A DNA stretch of 61,816 bases, counting the filler, from Nemertoderma westbladi (taxonomy: Eukaryota; Animalia; Xenacoelomorpha), in NCBI GenBank assembly GCA_032718475.1. It is 2 parts of 2 records of this genome, joined end to end, with 100 filler letters (N's around TTAATTAATTAA, not from the genome) between each part and the next. Parts side by side here need not be neighbours in the genome. Positions count along the whole stretch, not along the records: positions 31,726 to 61,816 come from JAUCBJ010000411.1; 1 more part is not named here. One strand, given 5' to 3'. Shown here one piece after another: positions 51,870-61,816 of this stretch. The notes under the pieces are model-generated. The model saw nothing but the letters and a program-made list of their open reading frames with translations, was not told where the DNA came from and made no database searches. How positions within the stretch are numbered: the stretch's first letter is position 1; each line of letters begins with the position of its first letter. The translations under genes and the position numbers were made by a program.

Positions 51870-53135
51870 GAGGAAGACCTATCCACCGATTCAATATACC
51901 AAGCATATCGCCCAGAAACCCAAACGAAAACAGTATGTGCCATGGCAAAACTCTGAGGTTACTTGTAAGAGAGAAGATCTTAAGATAGCCTACAAAGTTA
52001 AAACCAAACAACCAACAACCGAAAACATTAACAAGGTTGAGAAAGCTAAGGATGATCTTAAATTGGCCTACAACATCAGCCAGGAAAAGTACATACAGGA
52101 TAAAACTGAAGCAATTACAACTGCTCACATACAGCAACAATCAAGACTTACCTGGCAAACTGTAAAAGAGGTATCTGGTCGGAAAAGTTGTGCAAAGGGC
52201 CTCAAAGCTGATAGTCCTGAAGAACGTGTTGGGAAGTGGAAAAATCACTTCAGCAACATGCTTGGGCAGCCACCAAACATCGACGTCAGCCTTACAAGGA
52301 CACTACCTATAGAAACAGGGGACTTCACACCTGCCGAACTCCAAAGAAGCATTAACAGCATGTCCAATAATAAAGCGAGTGGATTAGATGAAATCCCAGC
52401 GGAGGTATGGAAAACCGGAGTGCTAAACAGACCATTATTGGATGTTTGCAACCAGATGTTAAAAGGGGAAAAGCCACCACCAATTTGGACTAAAGGTCAA
52501 CTAAAGCCTCTCCCCAAGAAAGGAGACCTCGGCATACCAACAAACTATTGTGGGATCTGTCTGCTTGTGGTAGCTGCCAAAATATACAATAAAATGGTTC
52601 TATATATGTGTGATATTATACTAGTATTTACAAGAGGCCATGCCCTGTGACTTGGTGGAGGGGACCGGTTAACAATTTAGAGTTTGGGGCATCATATATG
52701 TACCGGTAACCTAGGCCTTGATATCGACTGATCATATATAATGCTGTAACGTGTAATGCCTGAAAGTGTATATCAGTATTATCTGTATTATATGATGAAG
52801 GAATTGCTGCATTAAGTAATTAATATAACTTATTGTTACATGCTGTGGGCAGGGAGAACCTTATAATATAGGATTAGGCCTCACATAGAGAAACTACTGC
52901 GTAAGAGCCAAAACGGATTTCGACCAAGTAGATCAACAATAGCTCAGATACTTGCACTACGGAGACTGATTGAAGGAATTAAGTCAAAGACCGCAGTCAT
53001 GACTTTTGTGGACTTCAAGAAGGCATTTGACTCCATCCATAGAGGTAAAATGCTTGAAATCCTAAGAGCTTATGGAATACCAGAAGTAATTGTTGCTGGC
53101 ATTGGATTGTTATATTGTGACACAGAAGCGCAGGT
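51870..53135 (+). mobile_element. RTE-like LINE, RT N-terminal part (degenerate, interrupted ~52600-52860)
   Basis: KASGLDEIPAEVWK, LPKKGDL...NY.GI.LL, QNGFR..RST, FVDFKKAFDS. Confidence 0.85.
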
Positions 53136-54420
53136 ACCCAAATTTTGTTGCCAGTTCCCAAGAAGGGCAACCTAACACTCTATGGTTCTTTTCGGGGAAT
53201 CTCATTGATCTCGATTGCTGCAAAGCTATACAATAGGATTCTATTAAATCGCATCAGGGATCCCATTGAGAGACTGCGCCGTGGAAATCAGAATGGGTTC
53301 CGTAAAGGTCGTGGGACCATGGAGCCCATTTTGGCACTTAGAAGGATAATTGAAGAGTTATCAAAAAAGAAAGACAGGCATCTGGCTGTTATCTTTGTTG
53401 ACTTCTTCAAGGCCTTTGATTCAGTCTCTCGCTTACGTATGTTCAGCATACTTTCATTATATGGGATTCCTGATGAAATTATTGCAGCAATCAGATCAGT
53501 ATACGATGGTTCGACAACATTTGTGTCTACTGTTGACGGTGACACAGAACCATTTGAAGTGTTATGGGGCGTCCTCCAAGGAGACACACTTGCACCATTC
53601 TTGTTCATTATTGTGGTTGACTATGTTCTACGCATGTCCTTAGATCATCATAATGGTGATGGGGTGATGGTAACTCCACCTACTGGCTCCAGAAGTCGAG
53701 GAAATCCTGCCAAGTACCTAAGTGATCTAGACTTTGCTGATGACTTAGGAGTACTCTCAGAATCATTAGAGGGAGCCCAACGGCTCCTCAGCGCATTAGA
53801 ACATGCTGCTTCTAGTGTTGGTCTTTTTATTAACTCCAAAAATGACCAAAATCTTGACAGTTAACTATGAAAGTCCTCAGCAAGTCCTGACCGGATGAGC
53901 ATAAGCGTAAAGGATGGTATGCTTGAGCATGTGGACGACTTCTGAATACGTAATGGAAAGGCATGGGCAGCCTTGAATAGGCTTTCCAAGATTTTGAAGT
54001 CAAATAGAATTAATCGGAAACTTAAAGCCCGATTATTTAGAGCAGCAGAGCCCATATGCTGTGCTCAACTGCTGAGGACACCTAATCTCTGGATGGCACA
54101 TTCACAAGAATGCTACGCCGGGTTCACTGTTTTAAGTACAATCCATACATCCCCAACCAGACACTATATAACATTGGAGGTGTCTCATTAGTTCCCCCAG
54201 GCTTAACACTAGAACAAACCCGCCTCCGCTTTGCAGGACATTGCTTTCGCTAGACTGTACCAGTCAGTGCGTAGCATAATCTTGTTCTTTGGCAGCCTCA
54301 TGGAGTGAATAAGCTGGTGGACAGCCCTTGACTTTCTTGAGACGCATCTTAAAGGATACTGGCCTTGAAGATTCGGATGATCTAGCAAATGTCATGGGTG
54401 ATTGGGAGTTGTGGCGGCTC
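53136..54420 (+). mobile_element. Second, different RTE-like LINE RT fragment
   Basis: PKKGNL, QNGFRKGR, FVDFFKAFDS, GVLQGDTLAPFLF, LDFADD. Confidence 0.88.
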
Positions 54421-55035
54421 AATTTTGTCGTCAAGCCGGCACAGCATTTTATTTATTGCGTTTATTGTGTTTATTGCTTTTTAATCAACCATGGATCACA
54501 ATATAGATGACAATGTGTTTCAGAAATTAATAATTCCAGTCATCAGAAATCATATAGTGGTAACATACATCCATAAATACAAGCATTCATTGTCTTATAT
54601 TCGCATCAAGGTTCTGACCCCCCTTTGGTAAGATTGAGAAATTAGCGATTGGAAATGCAGAAACGTATGTTCTATTGTTTAAAAAAGAGAACATTTTTTT
54701 AGGATTCTCTATTTTATTTTGAAAATGAAAAATATAGAATGTTATAAAATATTTTAATTGAATATATTTTATATGTTTGAGAACATTTTACAAATGAAAT
54801 TAGCAAAAACTTGGTAGTATAACCTCCCCCCCCCCCCCCCCCCTCCCCAATTCAGTTTCTAACCAATTTGAAACGTTGAAATAATGTTACCAACCAATTT
54901 ATAACGTTCAAATAATGTAATTTAAATTTATTCTGAACATCTTGATTTTCAAACAATCAATAACACTATAAGAAACATTAGAATAACTATGTTCTGTAAT
55001 GTCGGGTCCCCTATATTAAGGAGTGCCGAACCGAT

Positions 55036-56150
55036 GAGATAGAACGTCTACCATGAGCAGTGAAAGAACTCATATTAGATCCAAAGATTATTCTCTATAG
55101 ATCACAGGTGTCCTAAGGATTTATCCGAAGTAACTAGATGAAAGGTTGGGGCAACTTTGGACTCTCGGGTCCTTTTCTCCGCAGCAATGAAGTCGACAGA
55201 CACTTCCAAAGGTTTGGGAATGGTGGAAAGGTCAGACCGAAGGTCTGCAGGATCCATCTCAGTAGCATTAGGAATGCACGACCCAGATGCGATGAAATAC
55301 GAAGCTTATCTAAAGCGATACCCGAACACAATGCTAATAAGAAGTGACTTTAAAGCGAGACCAAACCTAGTAGTCAGCTTCTACAACTGTAAGAAAGGAG
55401 GTCTATCACCAGTACAAAAGGCCTATGGTATACAAGAGGACAAATCTCTGATATCCTTCCTGAGTGTCTTTGTCGCACATGTAATCAGGCGGGAACCTAA
55501 GAAGTTTCGTGGGGTCAACATACCAGAAGCAATCCGGATCATTACTAAACCATTGTGGGGAATTGGAATAAACAAAAGGGTACATTACAATATCTACTGG
55601 TTCATGGGGACCCATGGAAACTGAGAATGTTGGAGAGAGGAAGCGGATTAAATACAGCCAGGAGTTGTTCAAAGACATGCACACTCCTTCAAGTTTCGAT
55701 CGTGAAGAACTTGGCATCAAATAAGTATTCATTCCCTACCACTCACAAGGACAGATCAGATGACACAAAAAACAAAACCTGGAACCCGCAATTAAACCAC
55801 AGGATCACCAATGAGATCGCTCCACATGAAGAGACGGCGAAGTATCGGTAGAACATGAAATAAGCTCGCTATCAATATCAATGATCATAGATTGAGATAC
55901 AGAGGACAAAATACCCTGGACAGACTCCGTGCAATTTTCTAAAACCAAACAGATTGATCAATTTCAAGGACAGTCTTGGCTCTGAGTCAATGCAGAAAAT
56001 TGATGGAACCCAGATCCGCAAGGAACAATAACGAATTTGGAAGAAAAAGACCCTTTACTCAGGAACTAATCCCACACGGTTCAGGTGACCCACGGGAACA
56101 TCACCCAGACCCCTCGACATACCAATCCTGGATGTGGATTCTATCAAATT
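55036..56150 (+). pseudogene. 3' half of the decayed exonuclease gene split by the Merlin
   Basis: ERLP*AVKELI, GLGMVE, ARP, QKAYGIQED, VIRREP, KRVHYN align with NRLPKAVRSLV, GLGLVE, ARP, QKRYILQED, VIEREP, KSVYYN of A ORF3. Confidence 0.82.
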
Positions 56151-56805
56151 TCGACTCTATCAAAACCTTTGTCAGATCAGTTGTAAAAAGTCCTAAGTGC
56201 TCTAAAAATCATTTAAATATTCTTCCCACTCATTCCAAGCTGTCGCTCTATTTTAATATTGCTGTCAAAATTGTATTAAGAAGTTTTAGTATCCCTTGAT
56301 GCAAAATTTAGACAAATAGCCTGGTATTAACCGTTTTTTTCCATCTCATATGATCACTTTTTTAAACGCGATTTCTGAGGCTTCGCGTAACACCGCTTTT
56401 TAAGTAGAAAGGTACCCATATCTCGAGAATGAGTAAAGATATTGTGTTGAAATTTTCAGGGGTTGTTTGAAAACCCATTACACAACTTTGCATACGATTT
56501 GGACTTCCAAAAGTTCTGATTTTTTAAATTATGATTATTGAAAATGTGGGCGCTTTTTCCAAAACATTAATGGGCTATATTTCGAGAGAGTGTTGGTCTA
56601 GCCCTACCATTTTGTATGCAAATTCTTACTATATGCCATAGAGATCAACTGGTAAAAATTTCAGCCAATTAGTTCTCAAACAAATGGTACCTTTGTTTAT
56701 CATTACGGTCTATGGAGAACTGCGAAGCCGACATCACCCCTTAAACAGAATAAGATCAAGGAAATGGGGAAGGTTATACATTTTGCCCACTAGCGGCAGT
56801 CTGTA

Positions 56806-56920
56806 TAACTGTTTATCATGGATAACTGTTTATTATTATTATGGATAACTGTTTATTATTATTATTATTATGGATAACTGTTTATTATTATTATGGATAA
56901 CTGTTTATTATTATTATTGA
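56806..56920. repeat. Short tandem repeat GGATAACTGTT(TAT)n
   Basis: Read directly, ~5 units. Confidence 0.85.
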
Positions 56921-57796
56921 TAACCGATTACCGACCCCACAATGACACAGGATGTGTTCTATCACATATCTGACAAGTTTCAGCTTGCGGAATGGGGCAA
57001 ATATTTTTTCTATTTTAAATATTCTTATTTGATTAATTTAGTTTTTCGTAATTTAATTAACCTTTCTAGACAGATTACAATAATTCCAGTTCAGATTACA
57101 ACACTGCGGTTGACATTTGCACGATGACGGAAGAAGGCAACGGAAGGAGGCTAAACAACAATGTGATAATGAATACTGTATAGTTAAAAGGCAAGTTAAA
57201 TATATTAGCATGCCCAGACTGGCAAGTTAATGTATATTCGCTTGCTCAAATTCGCACGTACTGTAGTGTAATGTATTGATTTGGTTTTGATTTATTATGT
57301 TCAATTGAGATTTGTAGTTTAATTCTAGTGCATTATTTATGTTTTGAATTGAACTACCGTTAGGTGTTTTATGATTTATGTAACAATAAATGCAACAGGA
57401 AACTGCTATTTTACAAAATCTTTACGTTTTAGGAAAGCGACCTCTTTTACTTTCCTGCAAAGGGGTAAAGGCGCGGGACTCTTCTCCACCGTGTATTTTT
57501 TTAAGTCCCCATCCGTACACAATATTTACATCACCCTCTTTAATTGTACGAACCTGCCCAGAAGGCCTTTAACTTGTGACTTTCTGGGCCTTACAATAAT
57601 TCATGGTTGACACGACGACGTACAGAGTATCCTATACAACACTATTCCAGGGCAGGGAAGTTAAACTTTTATTAGCATTGCAACTAACGAACGAAAGTGC
57701 TATTGTGTTGTATATTTATAATGTCCTGCTTGTTTCACTTTTCATTTTACTTGTATTGATTATAGTAATGTATTCTCCTGCAATAAAGAAATAATT

Positions 57797-57985
57797 TTGC
57801 CGAAACGCAACTTTTTTGCCGAATCGCGACTTTTGCTGAAACGCGACTGTTGCCGAAACGCGACAGTTGCCAAAACGCAACTTTGCCGAAACGCAACTTT
57901 TTTGCTGAAACGCATCTTTTTTGCTGAAACGCAACTTTTTTTGCCGAAACGCGACTTTTGCCGAAACGTGACAGTTGCCGAAACG
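57797..57985. repeat. 18-21-bp tandem repeat TTGCCGAAACGCRAC(T)n, ~10 units
   Basis: Read directly. Confidence 0.88.
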
Positions 57986-58377
57986 CGTCGACACCACAGA
58001 ACCATTGAAGGCTGCACCATTCTATGCTCCTGTTGAACTGTTCGAGGATGCCACTGCCTCAGGTGATGATATCTCAGAGAATGGTTTCTGGCAATCCAGT
58101 TATTCCTGATGAACCAAATGACGTGTTTGTTAGTAAATTTATCATTTGTTTTGGAGTAAGCATTGCAGAGACTAAAGTTTCAAAAACTTTTCGAGTGTGT
58201 GCATAAATTACTTAATTATTAATTTGAATAATTTTTAATTAAATTTGTTTAAATCAAGCAAAAAAAACGTGCAAAAAAGCAACCCATTTATATTTTTTTT
58301 ATTCATGTTAATGTGCTACTAACTATTAATCAAGACCGGAGATCACCGCTTTTCAACTTCGTGTTAAAGTAAATAAA

Positions 58378-58615
58378 GAATTTGGACTCACGTACAGTAT
58401 TTCAACCATAAAGAGAATTAGGAGACAGCTCGGATGGGTTCATGCCAACGCCAAATACTGCCAAATTGTTCGTGAAGTAAACAAAGGGAAACGAATAAAG
58501 TTTGCTGAAAACTTGCAAAGGAACATATCAATATTAAGAAATATTGTTTTCACGGACGAATGCTGCGTCCAGCTGGACAACTTCCGTAAACAATTTTTCA
58601 TTAGACGTGGTGATG
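58378..58615 (+). pseudogene. Tc1/mariner-type transposase fragment
   Basis: Manual translation: SISTIKRIRRQLGW...KYCQIVREVNKGKR...IVFTDECCVQLD (HTH plus first catalytic Asp). Confidence 0.72.
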
Positions 58616-60779
58616 CTTTTATGATAGAGAGCCCCCAGGGTGTAACATAGCGGACATAGGCTGTATTGGTATAGAGAGAAGTACATACAAGATCACATGG
58701 AGATTCATGGAGTGTATGGGAGTGGATGGAGTTGAATAATTAATTTAGTGCAGGGAGATGTCACGCCATTAGTCTGACACCGAGAGGGCACAGAGAAACA
58801 CCAGAACATGCCCTAACATCATTAACTATAGGTCTACTAGATTCAAGCAAACTGACAATTCAAATAATCAACAAACAAACAAAAAAATAGATAGATACAA
58901 TGTAAATTAAGCGAAAATATTATACTACATAGCTTCAAAATATTCTAGAACACTGTGGATTAATTTAGATAACGATTGGGCGCGGTGACTATCGAAACTA
59001 TTAAATAAATTTTTCAGATTGGAGTAGTCAAGGGTATTGTGCTTATCTCTGATATGTATACAATGCATCTATAGATGGCCAGTTGTAAACTATGAATGTC
59101 ATTGTTCGCACCCCTTGTATTTCCCACATTCCTATGATATTACATGGTAAAATCTGAATTTGTTTCACAGTTTTAACATCTGGAGTCCGAGGGTTAGTAT
59201 CACTTGCTGCATCTACTCTAACTTGGTGCTCAACATCAAATGTATCATCTTCATTTTTTGACTGAATGAGACCAATGTGCCACTTTCTTCCATTTTGATA
59301 ATCCCATATCACTGATTTCATATCATTAATCTGTATATCATCATCATTGCTATTGTCAGAAAGTACATACAGTAAAATAAGGATGCGATATTTCATTCGT
59401 TGTAAAGAGCAAAAATTTACTTTTGAACCCAGGAAACGTTTATTGACAATAAAAGAAAAAATAACCAAAAGGTAATAAAACATTGTTGCGCGGGTGTAGC
59501 CTACATGTATTTTACACATTTTTGTGTGGCATTGTTAAATAATTTACAATAGTTTTTGAGTTATTAAAAAAATCAAGTCTCCCCTAAAGTCAAGTCTCCC
59601 TCACTCACCCTACATAGATAAGTGTCTATAACCCTTGAATTACCATTAATTAACGGTACTATTAGTTCAATATAACACCGCACAAACTAAATATATTAGT
59701 TGTATCGATAAAATCCAAAGTTTAGGTGTTAGTTATATTATAAATTGGACAATTGAACAAAAAAAGAAAAAAGAACTAAAAATCTAAAAAACTTACAAAT
59801 ATAGCTAAAGTTACGTTAGGACACAATATGAATAGATTTAATTATAATTGAGACGAATGTACTGTACCAGTAGTTATAATAGGGTGCGTTGTAGTAAGTT
59901 ATAAATATAATAAAAAAATTTTGTATTCAACTATACAATCGATAAAATCCAGAGTTTAGGTGTTGGTTATTGGTTATGTGATAAATTGGACCGTTGAACT
60001 TGAATAAAAAAGAAGCAGTTATAAATCTTTGATGTACGACATGACAATATGTTGCGAAGTATTAGTAATTCTAAAACATTGAATATTTACAGGTACACTA
60101 GGATGGCGGCAAGTTTGTGTGATTATTATGTAATAATTGGAAATAAATGAAAAGTTATAAGCCGGCAGGTCACACGTGTACCACATAGTAAATATTTTAT
60201 AATGTCATTTAGTGCATTGCGGTGGGTTATATTTACAATAGTGGATACAATAGTACTTACAGTATAACATGATACACATTAAAGTTATGCGTGTTGGTGG
60301 CGAAACTCGAGTATTTGTGATATTATAATTAATCATTGAAATTGGAAATAATTGTAACGCCACCAGATCATGTATGCAGGTTACAGTAATAATATGTACG
60401 AGCAAATTTGTTAATTGCACAGAGATAAGTTCACGTATAATTCGTTAAAATTTTTAGTTACAATAATTGGGGTTCGGTTATATATGGTTGGAGGTTATAA
60501 ATCAGTTTCGTTATAATACAGGAAGCACACAAATTAATTATAATATATGAACTTTCAGTTATGGGCGTACGAATTAAATTAAATTGTGGCACCAATATAT
60601 TTTTATACTATGAATGGTAATAAGGGTATATGGTATCATTCGATACGTGTTTGTACAAAAAGTAATAATAATATACAATGTTTATATGGCGGGTCTGACT
60701 ATATTTAAAGTAGGATTATGTGCACAATCAGATTTGCTTCAGCAGCTAAGAGGTTTGGAATGTTGTTGTAATGATGCGT

Positions 60780-60967
60780 ACAGGCTACTCGGAAGTTCGT
60801 TGTTCGTCAAAAAGGATATAGAAGTTAGGAAAGCAAAGGCTTGGGTAGCTCTATCAAAAATGGATACCATCAGGAAATCAGATCTCTCCAGGCACCTGAA
60901 GACTAAGTTCTTTCGAGCAACAGTGGAAAGTGTATTTTTATATGGGGGTGAGACCTGGACTATGTAG
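60780..60967 (+). mobile_element. RTE-like LINE RT C-terminal fragment
   Basis: KDIEVRKAKAW...LK.KFFRATVESVFLYGGETWT. Confidence 0.75.
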
Positions 60968-61816
60968 ATGACTAAAACAGCCATTTATACTAATCAGTTT
61001 ATTCCAATGGATTTTACGCACCAGAAAACCACCCCAGTATTTTTTTTCGAAATTTTTTTTCGGTCGGATTCAGACTAGTGAAATCTACGTACAAACAAAA
61101 ATCAGACGTTTACATTAAAATTTGATGATTTTAGAGGGGGGGGGGGGGGGGGGGGGGGGGGGGTGGTGTCAATATGACCTCTACTGATAAAGAACTTAGT
61201 TGGCATGCCTCCAAAGTAATTTATTATGATGACATCGGATTTCACGTCTTTCGAAGATGCTATAGTGTATTGCTGATAAGATAGATAGTTTTTTTGTTGC
61301 AAACATCAATAAAAAAACATTAAATTTTAACATTGAAAAGCCAAGTCATACATTGAAGTTATGTGGGGCGAGCCATGCGGTAAAGGCGAGCCTTAGCACA
61401 CAATTATAATTACTAAATAGGGCAAAATTTAATGTTCGTCTGTCTGTAATGAAAAATTAATTAGTAAATAACTATTGAAGATTTTAACCATTTTCAACCA
61501 ATTTTGTATGGGCATACTAGTGAAAAATGTTCCACTATTTTTGAAAGTTACGGGCAAATACCAATTGAACTTTTGACTCCAGATCAAATCGAACTTGTTT
61601 CGAACTTGCCCAAGTTCGCGTGCTGCGCGATGCCCCACGAAGGTGTATAATAACTCTAGATATATGTGTGAAATTCGAATTCTTCCGACTTCGAAGCAGT
61701 GTTATTAAAAGCGAGAGATATGACAATGAATGGTTATTCTTACAAAGATATCCTGTATCAGCATCGAATGGGTGCAAGGGAAGGCGTCACTTTCATATTA
61801 TCAGTTGATGGGCAAT

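Larger units (their letters stand above)
37132..55027 (+). mobile_element. Merlin (IS1016/ISXO2-like) DNA transposon inflated to 17.9 kb by nested retroelements
   Basis: Terminal inverted repeats GGCACTCCTTAA(A)TATAGGG / CCCTATATTAAGGAGTGCC; 8-bp TSD GAACCGAT at 37124-37131 and 55028-55035. Confidence 0.9.

Noticed and set aside
59043-59519. 158-aa ORF, possibly a DNA-transposon protein tail
   Set aside because: No motif I can assign with confidence.

Overview
AT-rich, transposon-dense animal genomic DNA (probably invertebrate), made of two pieces joined by an artificial 100-bp spacer (N44-TTAATTAATTAA-N44, 31626-31725). Left piece: a 20-kb minus-strand Bel/Pao LTR retrotransposon (A, 805-20862, TSD ACTTT) with a second Bel/Pao element nested in its RT (B, 9487-17379, TSD TCTAT) and two LINE fragments. 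It also holds a hAT foldback MITE, two exons of a secreted PRSS23/35-like protease homologue and a Gypsy remnant. Right piece: the first coding exon of an ANKS1/Caskin-like gene and a four-level nest: exonuclease pseudogene > Merlin transposon (37132-55027, TSD GAACCGAT) > RTE LINE > third Bel/Pao element (C, 38784-51869, TSD GAGGA). Main discovery: none of the three Bel/Pao elements has a tRNA-type TGG primer-binding site. In each, the 9-13 nt directly after the 5' LTR are the exact reverse complement of a segment inside its own LTR, and the two sides change together between families, which suggests tRNA-independent self-priming. A and C also carry a related accessory 3' ORF with three CCHC knuckles, fused in A to a DEDDy-type 3'-5' exonuclease. 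A divergent relic of that gene is the one split by the Merlin. A and B share conserved 3'-UTR RNA structures and hairpin arrays. All assignments were made by eye, without database searches.
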